The notes under the pieces are model-generated. The model made no database searches and had not been told where the DNA came from. It saw only the letters and a program-made list of their open reading frames with translations. A stretch of 64,000 nt of DNA from Yuukianura sp. NJ FZ-2021 (Eukaryota), in contig CM102285.1 in the NCBI GenBank assembly GCA_046563655.1, positions 434,001 through 498,000 on the forward strand. The letters are read 5' to 3'. This document shows positions 11,101-25,400 of the stretch, in pieces. A program made the translations under genes and the position numbers. Position 1 is the stretch's first letter. Each line of letters starts with the position of its first letter.

Positions 11101-14100
11101 TACCAGCAATGCCCTCGTGTGTGAGACGCAGGAAGATGCAAACAGAGTTGCGTATGACTTGGAACCTGGACAGAGATACGATGTATGCAACTTTTGAAAT
11201 TTTGAAAAATGATTTTGGAAATTTCAAAGTTCCAAAATTTTGACTAGATAGAAGTTGAGATTTTTGTGAGTTATCTGATAATTTTGTTGTGATTTCCAGG
11301 CTGTTGCTCTCGATGGAACCTTCTTCACTCGTTCGGGAATCATGTCCGGTGGAACCATGGACTTGCTGAAGGTTAGTCACTTTTGATTGTAATGCCGGCA
11401 GCAGAAGTTAACTAAAATACTGGCAGCATAACTTAACTGGAATGCTGGCAGCATAACTTACTGTTAGTCTTCTGGTAACGTCAACTAAACATTGGATTGG
11501 TTGGTTGGTTGTAGAAAGCTCAACGGTGGGACGACAAGAACTTGACTCAACTAAAACAGGAAAAGGACAAAGTGAGCGAGGAGTTGAGAGAAGCCATGAA
11601 GAAATCCCGTAAGGAATCTGAACTGAACACAGTGGAGCAGCAAATCAGCGGTCTAGAAACGAGGAACAAGTATGCCAAAACTGACTCTGACTCCACTTTA
11701 CGTCAAATTGATGAAGTCAAGAATCGCCTCAGCACTCATCGCAAGGATTTGGACAACATCACCGTAACGCAACTTATTAAAAAAACTTTTTGTTTACTTG
11801 AAATTATTATATTATAATTTTTGATTTTTAGAACCAAATTACGAGGAGGGAGGCAGACATTGGTCAGCGTGACGAAGAAATTCAAACGGCGAAGACGCAT
11901 CTCAACGGAATTGAGGATAAATGTTTTGCTTCCTTCTGTGAACGAATTAATGTTGCCAATATTCGGCAGTATGAAGAGGGAGAACTAAGGTAAGAGCTTA
12001 ATTATTATAAAAACACATTTAATTATAATTAAATAAGTAATGTATTATAATTTATTTATATTGATATTTATACAAAACTTGTTGTGTTTTTGTTTAGGAC
12101 GCAGCAGGAGCGGGAACTGAAGCAAGTCGAGTTTCAAAATCAAATTGAACAAATCAATGCCCAAGTTGACTTTGAGGAATCACGAACAGCCAGTGGTAAG
12201 GCAAAAGTGAAACCATCAACGATTAGCATTAATTGTGTTTAATATATAATTTTATATTAATATAATAATAATATTTTATTTACTTTAGTTGAAGCGAATG
12301 TTGCTCGATGGGAGAAGACTGTTTCGGAGACGGAAGAGGCGTTGAAAAACAAGCAGCAGAAAGAAACTGACACGAAGAAGGAAGTTGAGAAACTGCTCGC
12401 AGAACATGACGAATTCAAAGGAATCATCGCTGCAACCAAGAGAGAAATTGAGAAAAAAGTTTGTGAAAAACGAATTTTTGGAACTTATTTTTCGAAAATT
12501 TTTGAAAAAATGTGTACTTAGGATGAGGAAATTGGAAAGTCTCGTCGTGAAGTTGGGACGAAGGCGAAGGATATTCAGCAAGTCCAGAAAGTTTTGAGTG
12601 GCTTGGAAATGAAACAGGAAGCAAGAAAAGTTGAGAAACACAACTTACTCAAGTTTTGCAAGGTAATACTCGCAAGCATATTATGTAATTTATGCAAAGT
12701 TATGCAATGATGTTATGTAATTATGTTTATGTAAGTTATGTTTGATTTTTTTACAGATCAATGATGTTACGATTCCGCTAAGAAGAGGAAACATGGATGA
12801 TTTGGATACGTCGGAAGGTGACTCGCTCCAAGTGGAAGTTTCGAGCAACGTGTCCAGCCAAGTTATTTACAGTCAAGAGGCAAAGTAAGTTCTGAAAAAT
12901 TGAAATATTGGCAAGTATTTTACTTTTATTGAAATATTGCCAAGTATTTATTTGACTTTTTGAGAAGTTTGACCTTTGACCTTTGTGTATTGTTTGATAG
13001 ACTGCAGATTAACTATGAATCTCTGTCGGAGGAATTAATGGATTTGGAGGCAGATGAAGTTAAGAAAATAGAAGACAAGTTGGTTGCAAAGCTCAGAGAA
13101 ATGAATACAGCTCTACTCAAAATCCAAGCACCCAATATGAAAGTTCGTTTTTTGAAATTCAAAATTTTGAATATATTTTACTAAAACTGGATTTTGAAAA
13201 CACGTTTAGGCAACTCAAAAACTGGAGAGTGCTCGAGAGAAGTTGCTGGAGACGAATGAGGAATTTGACAGTGCTCGGAAGAGAGCGAAGACGGCTAAAA
13301 TGGCTTTTGAGAAAATCAAGAACGAGAGACATTCCAAGTTTATGAAATGCTACGACTACGTGGCCAACAGTATTGACGGAATCTACAAGGTAAGTCGACC
13401 TTTGACCTGGAGGGGTCATGTCAAGCTCGCAATGTGTTGCAAAGAATGACAGTGCATAAAAAAAATAAAGAACCAAGTGGGACTCGAACTCACATTTCTT
13501 CAATCCGGGAACCGGGAAGGGCTCTAACTACTGAGCTATCAGGTTCCAATCACATAGCATGGAATCGGCACTGTCGTCCCATACTCCACGGATGGACATG
13601 TATGGAGGGACAGTGCCTTTCAATTTCCAATACCATCCTGTGTGATTGGAACCTGATAGCTCAATGGTCAGAACTCTTCCCAGATTGAAGAGATGTGGTT
13701 CGAGTCGATCTGGGTTCTTTATATTTTTTTCTGTACAAACCTCGGAAACGTCGACAGCTAAAAACATGAAGTCATTGTGTTTTGGTTTCAGTCCTTGGCA
13801 CAGAATCAGTCTGCTCAAGCGATTCTTGGTCCAGAGAATCCGGAGGAGCCGTACCTCGACGGAATTAGCTACAACTGCGTGGCTCCAGGAAAAAGATTTC
13901 AAGCGATGAGCAACTTATCGGGAGGAGAGAAAACTGTAGCTGCACTCGCACTTTTGTTTGCAATTCACAGGTACAAAATTTCAATTTTCTAAAAACTGAA
14001 ATTTGAAACAGTTTTTTCAAAATTTGCTTTTGCATAGTTACCAACCTGCTCCGTTTTTCGTTTTGGACGAAATTGACGCTGCTCTGGACAACACTAACAT

Positions 14101-14383
14101 CGGAAAAGTGGCACGATTCATCCAGCTGAAGACGGGAGACTTGCAGATCATCGTGATCTCACTCAAAGAAGAGTTTTACAGCTATGCTGATGCTCTGGTC
14201 GGAATCGCTCCCGATGTTTCCGTAAGTTATGCTAACAAAACCTAATGTTAAGTGTAAATTGGTAGGTTATTAGACTAATTTTTCGCAAAACTAAGCCTAA
14301 CATTTGATCTTTTTTGATTTTAGCCTGGTGACTGCGTTGTGAGCAAAGTCTACTCACTGAATCTGGAGGGCTACACCATCTGA
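8175..14383 (+). CDS. SMC1: Cohesin subunit SMC1 (multi-exon)
   Basis: NFKSYKG, Walker [30 protein letters not shown], hinge [26 protein letters not shown], Walker [25 protein letters not shown]. Confidence 0.97.
9923..10058. mobile_element. Tc1/pogo-like MITE in an SMC1 intron
   Basis: 18-bp TIR CCGTAAAACTTCTAATAA flanked by TA on both sides. Confidence 0.8.
13452..13736. mobile_element. Palindromic element with two outward-facing tRNA-like arms, in an SMC1 intron
   Basis: 13470-13554 (-) and 13641-13717 (+) each read TGTGATTGGAACCTGATAGCTCA..GTTCGAGTC..GGTTC plus a T-run; the core is also self-complementary. Confidence 0.75.
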
Positions 14384-15005
14384 ACGTTCAAATTTTCCCA
14401 TTGGAGTATGGAGTTTAAGTTTACAAAAATTTAAAATTTTAACCTAAATGCAGAAACGGAAAGGCTAGTTAATTGTAAGCTACGTAAGTCAAGTTTTTGT
14501 AAAGTTTTAGTTAACATGTTTGGTAAAAGTAAGTTTAGTTTTTGGAAAAAGTGTTTGCTAGAAGAATTAGAGTTGAGCAGAGGTCAGTTGAAGCAGGAAA
14601 TTTCAAAATTTCTGTCAGTTCTACTTCGTTTCGAGATTTCTGGCTTTGTAAAAAGTTTTAAAATTCAGTTGTCTGTACAAGAAATGAGTAAAGTGTAACT
14701 TTTTAAAAATTGTCAGCTGATCGGACAATTTTTTTTTTTGAAATTACTCGGAAACAGAATTAGTAACACTCAGGAATATTTTAATTTTTAAACTTATTAT
14801 AGAAATTAGATATGATTAAATAATATTTCATAAAATTCAAAACAGCTATAAAGTAAGGTGAGTTCTAAAAATTAGGTGGGTAAGGGATGATGTGTGACAT
14901 GCTGTGAGAACTTTTTTAAACTTTTTTTTTTAGTTTTTGAAATTTCGAAAAAGGAAAAAACAAGAAAACGAAATCTGAAATTCATTTTTAAAAAGCTGAA
15001 TGAAT

Positions 15006-18000
15006 TTATCCTCCACGTCCTCCGCGTCCACGACCGGCTCCAGCAGGGCGTCTTACAGGGGCTCTCCCACGTCCACTGCGAACTGCAGTCTAAAAATAAC
15101 ATAATTTTAAATTAATTGTATTATATATTAATTGTAATTAATTATAAGTTAAGTTTAAATGTTTAAAAGTTCAGTTTTGACATACCTGTCCACGGACAGC
15201 TCCTCGTGCTGCACTCCCATGTGGAATTCCAGCCCCCCGGGGCGTGACCCCACGCTGACCTCGACCTGCAGGAGGTCCTCTTGCACGCATGGCAGCAGCA
15301 GCGGCTTGTCGGGTCGGACTTTTCGGCTGATTTGCAGATACAGCAACAGTCGCAGCGCTGGCGACCTTCAAAGTAGCAGTATCAATCGGTTCCATCTTAA
15401 TCTTAACTTTGTCCATCGTTGCAGCGTCTCCAGTGCTCTCGCTTTTGATTTTAACGTTTTCACCATTCTGCTTCTCTTCAGGTTTTTCAGCGTCGGAAAC
15501 TTTAATCGCTGCGGATTGTTCAGCATTTTGCTTTTCTGCCTCGGCATCGTCAGTTTCAGCTTTCTCAGCCGCAGCCTTCGCTTTCTCAGCTTCTTCGGCA
15601 GCGATTCTAACTTTTTCAGCTTCCTCAGCAGCGATTTTAGCTTTCTCAGTTTCCTCAGCAGCGATTTTAGCTTTCTCAGCTTCCTCAGCAGCGATTCTTG
15701 CTTTCTCGGCTTCCTCTGCAGCGATTTTAGCCTTTTCAGTTTCTTCGGCAGCAACTTTTGCTTTTTCGGTTTTTTCAGCAGCGATCTTAGATTCTTCAGT
15801 CTGCTGTTCCGCAAGTTTCGCTTTTTCAGCGTTCTCTTCAATCGCTGCAGCTTTTACTTCCGCTTTTTCAGCGTTCTCCTCAATCGCTGTAGCTTTTACT
15901 TCGGCTTCTGCATCTTTCGGTTTCTCAGTTTCTTGAGCCTGTTTCGTCTTCTCGGCTTCTTCGTTCTTCAAATCAGCGATTTTGTCACTTGCAGCATCTT
16001 TCTTTCCAGCATCTGTGACTTTGTCTCCAGCATCTTCTTTCTCATGCGTAATCTTCAACTGGTCATCAGCTGGAGTTTCTTCATCAATCGTTTCATTCAA
16101 CAGCGATTCATTCAATCCTTCTGCATCTCCAGATGCATTAAACGAAACATCCTCAGCATCAGCAAAACTCTCTTCTTGCTCTTCCTCTACTCCTTCCATT
16201 TCTCCTTCATCTTCCTCATTGTACTCTCCATTCATCTCAACATCTTCATCTTCTTGATATTCAGCATCTTCAGCCTCCTCCGACTGCCCAACTTCAGTTA
16301 TTCCTTCGTCATCAAGTACAGTCACTTCCTCATCTTATAAAAACAGAAACAACAGTTAAAGTATCCAGTACAGCAGGCTTAAGAATACTTGAAAGTATAC
16401 AGCTCATTTACACAAGAATACTTGCAAGTATCCACCTCTCATTTACATAAAAACGTCAAACCAACCTTTAGTTTCATCCGTTTTCTCTGCATTTTGTTTC
16501 TCTTTTGCCAATTTCTCTTCTTCGGCCTTCAAAACTGCTGCTTTTTTGGCTTCTTGCAAGCCAATCTATTTGAAAATCAAATCACAAACATTTTTGTAAA
16601 AGTTTCCGAAGCAAAAAAAAATTTCTGTTTCAAAATTTCAAATTTTTTTTTCTCTGACACTTACCATTTTCTTCAAATGGGAGACGTACATGCCAAAGTG
16701 TGACTTGCTCATGCAGTGCGTGTCCACTTCCTTCTCTTGCGTCATGTACGTTCGACAAACCTTACAACAAAACCCCGTCGTTGCAATTACTGCTTCTTTT
16801 CCTAAAAAATACAAAATTTTGAACACCTTTTTAAAAACTTTTTCCAAATTTCAAAATTTTGTTGTTTGTGTTTTGTCTAAATTTCATACCAACAATGACC
16901 GTGCCATCATGATCTTCTGGAATGACAATTTCGCCTTCCGGCGCTTCTTGTTCACCTTCGTCCAGCATGTCCTTGATGTGACTTGGTGTTGGGACCTTCC
17001 AGTCCAAGTTCCGAATTGTCAAGAAGTTGGCTGGTTTGTCATCTTGGTTCATCTCTAGGTTGATCGTAAACAGTTCCTCTTGTGTTATAGATTCATGCAC
17101 ACTCGTATCCTTGCCAGCATTCTTCAAATCTGAAATTCTACGTAAATGGTTCAAGCTGAAGAGGTGATTAAGCCAGTCCATCCGATGGACAAAGTTGGAG
17201 TCACAGTGGCGACAAACTGGGTGCAGAAACTCCTTCAAAATCTGAAAAAAAGTCAACACTTTCAAAAACTTTCAAACTTTTTCAAAATTTTTTGAATTGT
17301 GCTTTACTCGATGTCCCAAGCTGATCTTATGCGTTCCCCAGTTGACTGTGTAAGTACAGTCACACATCTTGCAGTGATTTCCAGTTTTATTGGAATTTCC
17401 ACTACTTTTTCCCGCCCGTCGCTGACGGTCCAGCTCAATTCCAATTTCTTCTTCGGACAACTAAAACCGAAAACCAAAATTTCTAAAAAAGTTTCAAAAT
17501 TTTGAAAATCACAAGCTTCAATTTCCTACCTTGGACTCAAGCATCAGCATCTCTGCCCTCTTTTGAAATCTCTCTTCAACGATCTTCACCAAAGCCGTGT
17601 GAGCTCGTCCGCTCAAGTGAGATTCAAAAGACTAAAATATAAAATAAAATATTATCGATATAAAATATTAAAATATGCAAATAAGTAACCATGTAAAAAT
17701 ATACTTAAAATATGTAAAAACTTACCGCTCCGTCGTTCATGCTCTTCTGACACACTTTGCAGACGAGCAGTGCGGAAGGAAAGTCGTCATACTTGGACTT
17801 TCGTTTCTTTTCCTCTTCCACCTTAACTTCCTGCTCAATCACCACCACGTCATCGTCAGGCTTAATCGCTGCAGCGTCTTTTTGTTCAGCGTCAACCGTC
17901 ACTGCTTTAGTGGGACTTCCCTTTTCAGCGTCTTTTGCCTCTGGTTTATCCACCTTCTTCGGAGTTGATGTCACCGGTTTCTTGGGAGAAGTTGCTGCAG

Positions 18001-20717
18001 CAGCATTAGCTTTCGCTTCAGCGTCTCTCTTACGCTTGTCTCGTCGTCGCTGATTTCCTGTTGGTCGTTTCACACCTCCGGGTGGCGCTGATTTCAAATT
18101 TCCTGAATTCGGAGTCGTTCCTGATCCTGATCCGGCCGTTCCTGATCCTGATCCTGAGGAAGGAGTTTTGCCCTGCGGCGAATCCGTTTTCATCTTCTTC
18201 CGATCTCCAAAGTCAGCACGATCCGACACTCTAAGTACATCAAACAAGTATTAAACACAAAAAAAACAAACAAACAAACAAACAACAACAAAAACAAAAA
18301 CAAAATTTCGATTTTGAGTAACCTTTAACTAAAATATTAAAATTTAAACCTAGTAATAACCTAATCTAACGAAACTTATAAAATTGTGCAGCACATTTAA
18401 CGTTTTGAGAGCAAAACGTTTGAGAAACGACGAAGATGAACGAGAACAACAGCCGACATCTTGAGATAAAAAAAGACAGTAACTGCCGAACGAAAGCTTA
18501 ACGTTGTGGATTCCTTAAAACTAAGATTTTTTTTTTCTAGTTTTCGCTAATTAATTTTTTTCGCTTTTTTATTTTAAATTTAGTACCTTTTCTTTGCCAC
18601 AGCATTTGGTGGATTAATGTTGATTGGCTTTCTGTAGACAGCATTTCTAGCCACGCCTTTCGGAGGGCTAGGTGCTCGACGGCGGACGCCGGAAGACGAC
18701 GGGGGAGAGCGGCGTCCTCGCGAAGAGGAAGAGACTCTCATGCCACCGCCGCGGCGTGATTCAAACCCTCTCCCACCGCGCTCGTTGCTTCTTCCTGGTG
18801 AGCGGTGGGACCCGGTGGGTTGGCGAGAGGAGCCACCATACTGCTGTTGCCCACCATGTCCACTTCCAATCATATGCTACGGAACAGAAGTTCAGTTCAG
18901 TTGCAGGAACTCATGTCACTCAATGTCTCCGTCCAAAGACGGGCATACTGAGGAGTAGGACAGAGTCCGACAAAATATTATCGAAGTTTAGAAGACTACT
19001 GGCCACTACTATCGTACAAAAACCGTAGAAAACGAATCCATAACGTCGTTGACAAGCATCGAATCAGGAAGGCGAAAAATTAAAACAAAAGTGTTTCTGT
19101 TCCGAGCATGAGTAGAGGAATCTGCCAAGTCACATGACTTCCAATGGTGGACCAACGTAATAACGTTTTGACATCGACATCCGACAAAATCAATTGTTAC
19201 AGATGCAACTCATGACTGAGAGGTGACATCATGACATCAGTTTCCGATTCGGTTGGATATTGACAAGAGAAGACTTCAACTTCTGATTGGTCAGTGGATT
19301 AGTCGCGTCACATGACATGACATTGACCAAATTCCAGCATCAAGAGTTAGCAGTTCTCTTTGTAGTAGTAAGAAAATCGGATCATGACTGTACAGAAGAT
19401 GACAAAAGCAAGGAAATGTTGTTGTCCAAGAGTGGAGATCGATTGAGAGAACATGGTTTGATGGATATGATGAGATGCAGAGTCTTGATACTTGCAGTAT
19501 TTGCCAGCATTCCCAAGTGTTACTTCCAGTATTTACCAATATTGCCCATCACTTGCAATATTGCTCAGAATGGTAGGGATAAAGAAAAAATGAAAGTGAA
19601 GTTGAAGTTATCGTACCTGATCGAAGACGTTTGGATTGAGAGTTGCCGGGAGACTTCCGACGATCATCTGCACTGGAGCTTGACGTTGAACAGAAAATGG
19701 ATTGGCCACATATCCCATCACGTTCTGAAAATAATCAAAAAGCTCAATCAATGAAAATTTTTTAAAATTTTAAAATTTTGACTTTTTGTGAAAGATGATC
19801 AGCTGATTTGTGTGCTTATCAACTTACATTCCCTGCACCCTGCGGAACCATCATGAGAACTGGTTGTCCGGAAGGTGGAGATGCTACTGCCAACTGTCCT
19901 GATCTGTACGATGCTCCCTGCACATTCCGACTGCTCGAACCGCCCCCTCCTCCTTGACTTACACCCCATGCTGGACGATACATTTCTTCTTCTACAAAAA
20001 CAAACGTTACAGAAACGAAATTACAAAAATCAAATGTACTACAAAAAGTACTGATTCTAGTACTGGAATCTTCGACGTTTCACTTACGATGTGCCAGATA
20101 GTTGACCGTTTGCTTGGGGTTGCTTGACGACCGTTGTTGAACAGCCGCCGTACTTGATTTCCACACGTTCGATTCCTGCATGGCACTTGGAAATCCTGAC
20201 GATTGTCTACCCCTTGAGGACATTGCATCTCCGTATCTTCCTGTTTCAGACACGAACGATGCTCCTCCGTCACTGTTTCTACTGTAGCCCATTTGCCTAG
20301 AACTGGATGACACCGATGATGGAGCTCCAGCTGAACCACCATAGCCTCTACCACGCGAAAAATCTTCCCTTTCATATCCATCTCTCCGAATCTGCTGCTG
20401 ATGACCTCCATATCGATCACTTTCGGCGTACGGATCGTAAGGTTGATGACGAGACGAACTTCGTTGAGGTTCACCTACTCAAACAAAGAAGGAACTTTAG
20501 CTCAAGTAAATGATGATTAAGTTAACCAGCAGTGTTATTTGGATACCGATAAGGTATCGATACACGATACCGGTTTGATAGCGAATCGGAAATGCATGAC
20601 TGAATTTAATATTGGTTCTGATCGAAATCCGGATTCCGGATTCATAGAACAAGACGTAACTTTTTTACCTAAACAAGAAGAAAAACACTTACCTCCTCCG
20701 TAATGACGGTACGACAT
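15006..20717 (-). CDS. Pep: Matrin/U1-type multi-zinc-finger protein, Pep (protein on ecdysone puffs)/CIZ1-like
   Basis: CKVC..FESHLSGRAH; CKMCD..HKISLGH..LKEFLHPVCRHC..HLFSLNH; GFCCKVC..HCMSKSH; RS/RG-rich N-terminus, acidic block, RGG tail; 5' exon structure approximate. Confidence 0.75.
15560..15900 (-). repeat. Coding minisatellite, mainly 30-bp units (KAKIAAEEAE)
   Basis: GCAGCGATTTTAGCTTTCTCAGCTTCCTCA repeated on +. Confidence 0.85.
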
Positions 20718-20827
20718 TATTGATTATCAATGGACTGATTTGTTTCAATTAATTGAATGAACTTACAGTAGGCGTTAATCAATTACTTTTAAACAGATTC
20801 ACCAAGTGTAAGGAAAGGATGAATAAT

Positions 20828-21155
20828 AGGCAGTTTCAAATAAAAGATTATAATCCTCGGCGGATTAACCCGGCTTGGATTATAATCGATTAATTTGAGT
20901 GTATCCGATTTTTTCGGCCGATTGTCAGCTGATGTGGAAGGGCGGGAATTGAAAATTTCAAAAATAACAACAGTGGGTGGTGATGGTCGGGTGGAGGGAG
21001 CAGATTAATCCAAGAGAATCGTGGTTTTTGTGGATTCTTTTTTGGCCGATTATAATCCAAAAAGTGGCGCACTGCGCCTGCGCACCACCTCAGATTAATC
21101 TGACCTGGCAGATTAATCTGAAAAGCGATTATAATCGCTTTATTTGAAACTGCCT
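20828..21155. mobile_element. MITE just upstream of the Pep-like start codon
   Basis: TIR AGGCAGTTTCAAATAAA..GATTATAATC; flanks read as a 3-bp AAT TSD (or TA if the element is 20829-21154). Confidence 0.8.
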
Positions 21156-22442
21156 AATCTTCTTATGTCACACATCCCCTTTGTACTGAGCATTTTTCGG
21201 TGTAGTTGGTTGAGGAAAGCTATAACGACCTTATTGTAACCACTTGATGTACCCGCCTACCCATTGTTTGTGGCTGCAATAGGTAGTTACACTGCGAAGC
21301 AAATGATGTTGCCACCAAATTTTAGGTTAAAAAGTGGCTACTCAGGTGTAAACACTTATGCTAGCCACTAAAAATAGCTAAAGTCGATCAATGCGCGGCT
21401 ACAATTATAGTCGTTAATCCTTACTTCCACGGTGTACTCGATATACCGAGAAAACTAGCTCACTAATCCTCGGAAAACTCTGAAATCTGCAAAAGTGGTT
21501 GAAGTTCGGCAGTCACACAACTTTGTCACATGCAGTGTTTTTGAAGGATTTACTGATCGAGGATCAAATACTACTTTCATTATTAGTAATTAATAGATGT
21601 AGTTTGTTCAAAGTCGTTACTTTTAGTTTTAGTGGCTAGGTTTTAGTAAAACAAATACTTTGTGAGAAGTGAAAAAATCGAGCATCTCAACTTCATTTTT
21701 GAATTTCACATGAACGCCCCAATGAAACCTACCAAAACGTGATCGCACCATTCGTGGCATTATTTTGGTGGAAGCCCGAGGCGGCAGAAGCTTTTGGGAA
21801 GAAATTTCGAGAATTGGATTTGAAATGTCGGAAAAAGTGAAAAATCCGTGCAGTTCACCTTGAAGTGCTTCCAAAAAATTTTCGAAGTTGGATTTACGGT
21901 TATCTGAAAATTCGTGTTTCTTGGAAAAACAAATTGTTTCTTTGAAACGATTTTATTTTTATGTTAAATCAAATTATGTTAGTGATTAGGTTATGGGCGA
22001 GGCTAGGGTATGTCAAATTTTGAAACAAATTTTGAAAAATTTGAATCATAAAAGTACTGGTTTTTGATGTTCCACTTTCAAAAATGCTTAATCCTGACTT
22101 ACCCAACCGGTTTTAGAAAAAAAAAACTTTTTTTTTGTGGTGGAGAACGAGATGCTGCTGAACGGTATTCTTACATTTACAATGCTTAAACCGAGATTAA
22201 TTAATAAAAGTTATCAAAACGGTGTTTTTGGTGTTTGTGTGTTTCAAAAAGTTAGTTAAGCAGTTGCTAATGCTTCGTCTAAGTAGAAACAAACTTAAAA
22301 CTTGGATTGTTAAAATAACATTATGGATTTACTTGCGTCTTGGTGCACAAAGTTCATTTTGAATCCCGATTTTCAACCACTTTTGGAACAATTGAGACTT
22401 CAAAATGCAAAATTTCATCCAACTGAAACCACAAAACTCCTT

Positions 22443-25400
22443 ATGGACGACAACGATTCGTAATATACTTTGCATATGTTTAATTTTCTGTATCTGTTTT
22501 GAAATTTTGAAACTGTTTTTGAAATTTGAAATTTTGAAACAGTTTCTATGAAGAACCAGAAGAGGACGAAGAAGATGAAACTTTGGAAGGTGCAACTGCA
22601 AAAGAATTAGCACAGGATTTGTTTAAGAAACTGTCCAAATTGGTACTTAAAAACTTAAAACTTTAAAAAAATTAAGTTTTAATTATTTAGTTAACTGCAA
22701 CGACAATGTAGTTAACTTTTTAAACCCTAACTTTTTTTTAATACAGTTTCAATACACTTCAGCTCTGGACAAATTTTTACTCTTCCTTGGTCTGCTTTTT
22801 ACTGTGATTCATGCCGCAAGTTTTCCAATTTTGGCAATGTATATGTTCCAAAAGCTAAAAAATTTTAACTTACTAAAAAATTGTTTTTTTATCTTTAAAA
22901 CGGAAATTCAGCTAAATTGTCAATTTTGTTTTAAATAGTCTTTTTGGAAAAATTTCAAACGCTTACATCGCTGAGCAGGAGCTTTTGGTGAGTCCACATA
23001 GTTGTCTAGAAAAAACAAAAACTTTGAAAATAAAATTTAAAATTTTGAAAATATTAGGAAATTAGAAACAGTGTGAACTCTTCATATCCAGGAGATAAAC
23101 ACATCGGAGACATTGGGCAAAAGACGTTGTCTTTTCTTTCAAAAACCACCAAAATTAATCCTGGTGTGAACGCGTCTATAATTCCTCAAGCAGAGACGGT
23201 CAAAGGTGGCGGTTTTTTTGGAAATTTAAATTTGTACAACATTACGGGACGCGAAACGTCCGCCGATTTCGCGAATTACGTTACCGATTTTTCTCTATAC
23301 TATGTGTACATTGGAATCGCTGTTTTTGTTGCCGGATTTTTTCAAGTTAGTTTCTATACTTTTACGATTTTGGACATTATAATGAATATTTTGTATTGTG
23401 TAATATTATATTTCATAATATTACATCAAGGTGGATAAATAAAGAAATACTTTTTCTTTAACAGGTTAGGCAATCACTCGAGTTTTAAGTTTTTTGCAAA
23501 GATTTTTCAAAACAGAATTCACCTAGTTTCAATCGCGGTTGGTATGGTAAACGGAATTTAAAAATTCATAGTGATGGCTTTTGAATTGGCAAATTTAGAG
23601 TAGAAAAGGAGTAAAAGGTACAAAAAATTGCTTGACTCGAGATTTTCCGAAAACAGGACTTATTGCCTAACCTGTTAAAGGAAAACTATTTTGTTGCTAT
23701 AGCAACCTTGATATCACATAATATATTGTGTTTTTAACTTAGACCATCATTTGGGAGTGGGTTGCCGAAAATCAGTTGTACAGAGTTCGTCAAAAATTTA
23801 TCTATCAGCTGCAGAGACAAGAAATGACTTGGTTCAGTCGTCATTCAGCGGGAAACCTTGTTTTAAAAATTGCAGAGTAAGTTTTTAAAAAAAAACTTAA
23901 CCAAACTGTTCAAAAAATTTTTTGTTCGAAGTTTGTTCAAAAATTTTCTGGAATTTTACAGTGACTGTGAGCGTTTTCGCGATGGAGTTGGACAAAAATT
24001 TGTATTGGTGGTAGAGTACATCGTTGTTGCTATTTTTGGAGCGGCAATTGGATTTCTCGTAAATGCAAAGTTAACTATGGTGTTGTTAGCGTCTACTCCA
24101 TTTATACTCACCAAAATCATTCTGATTTGGAATGTAAGTTTTCAAAATTTTGAAATAAAATTTCCAGCTCATTTTGAAATTTTTCTATATATGCAGAAAA
24201 TTGCTCAATCCACGACGGAAGCACACAAAGCGAATAACAAAGCGGGAAAAATTTCTGCTGAGGTTTTAAACGACGTTCGAACGGTGACTGCCTTTTCGGC
24301 TGAAAAGCGGGAAGTTGAGCGCTACAAAGACGCAGTTCTGCGCAGTTCGAAAGCTGCGGAATCTCTAGACGTCATTTCTGGACTGAGCATTGGTGGAATG
24401 TACTTTCTGATCTACGCATTCTACGCAGTCGCACTCTGGTATTCGGTCAATCTGCTTGACCAAGGTGCCATTACTCCAGGAGAAATTTACACGGTTTTCT
24501 TCAGTCTCACGATATCGGTTTTTGCAGTTTTTTCGGTTTTACCGAACGTCGATATCATCGCCACTTCTTATGCTTCTTTCAAACTACTCGGAACGGTACT
24601 CAACTCTGTTCCTGACATTGACCCTTACAGTAACGCAGGTAACATAGTTTGTTGGCATTAGAGCACATGGCATTAGAGTCAAAAAACGAGAATGAAAAAA
24701 AAATGAACCGAGTGGGATTCGAACCCACATCGCTTCTATCAGGGAAGCACTCTAACCCTTGAGCTATCAGGCTCATATTGTATAACCTGTTTTATACAAT
24801 CCTCATCCTGTGGAGATTGAAATAGGACTGTTCCCATACACCACGATATAATAAAATACATAAAATATAATTTATATTATTTGTTTTTGCTATATATTTA
24901 ACGTTGTTGAATTGTTTGGGGCACTGTGATACTTTCAGGCTTACACCCTCGTGACTTTTCCGGAAAAATTTGTTTCAGCAACGTAACTTTTGCGTATCCA
25001 GGGAAAGACCAGAAACCGGTTTTCAGTGACTTTAACCTTGAAATTCCAGGCAGAGGACTCATCGGTGAGCATTTGACCTTTGACCCGTTCATTTTCAAAA
25101 TTTTAATTTTGGTCTTGTTTTTTTTTTCAAAATCGAATAGGAATTTTTGGTGCGGGTTGTTTTGAAAAAAGTACTTTGGTGAGGCTGATGCTTCGACTGT
25201 ACGATTCACAGTCTGGTGAAGTGAAGTTTGACAAAAACGATATTGCATCACTGGTACGAACTCAAACTTAAACAGTTTTATATATTATTGTTGATTATTT
25301 ATAATTATTATGCAAATTAATTTATCCTACAGAATGTACGATGGGTCCGAGAACAAATTTCCATTGTGGATCAAAATACAGTAAGCAAATTTTGAAAAGA

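Noticed and set aside
15159-16340. 393-aa Phe/Ser-rich ORF on +
   Set aside because: Antisense shadow of the repetitive Pep-like exon
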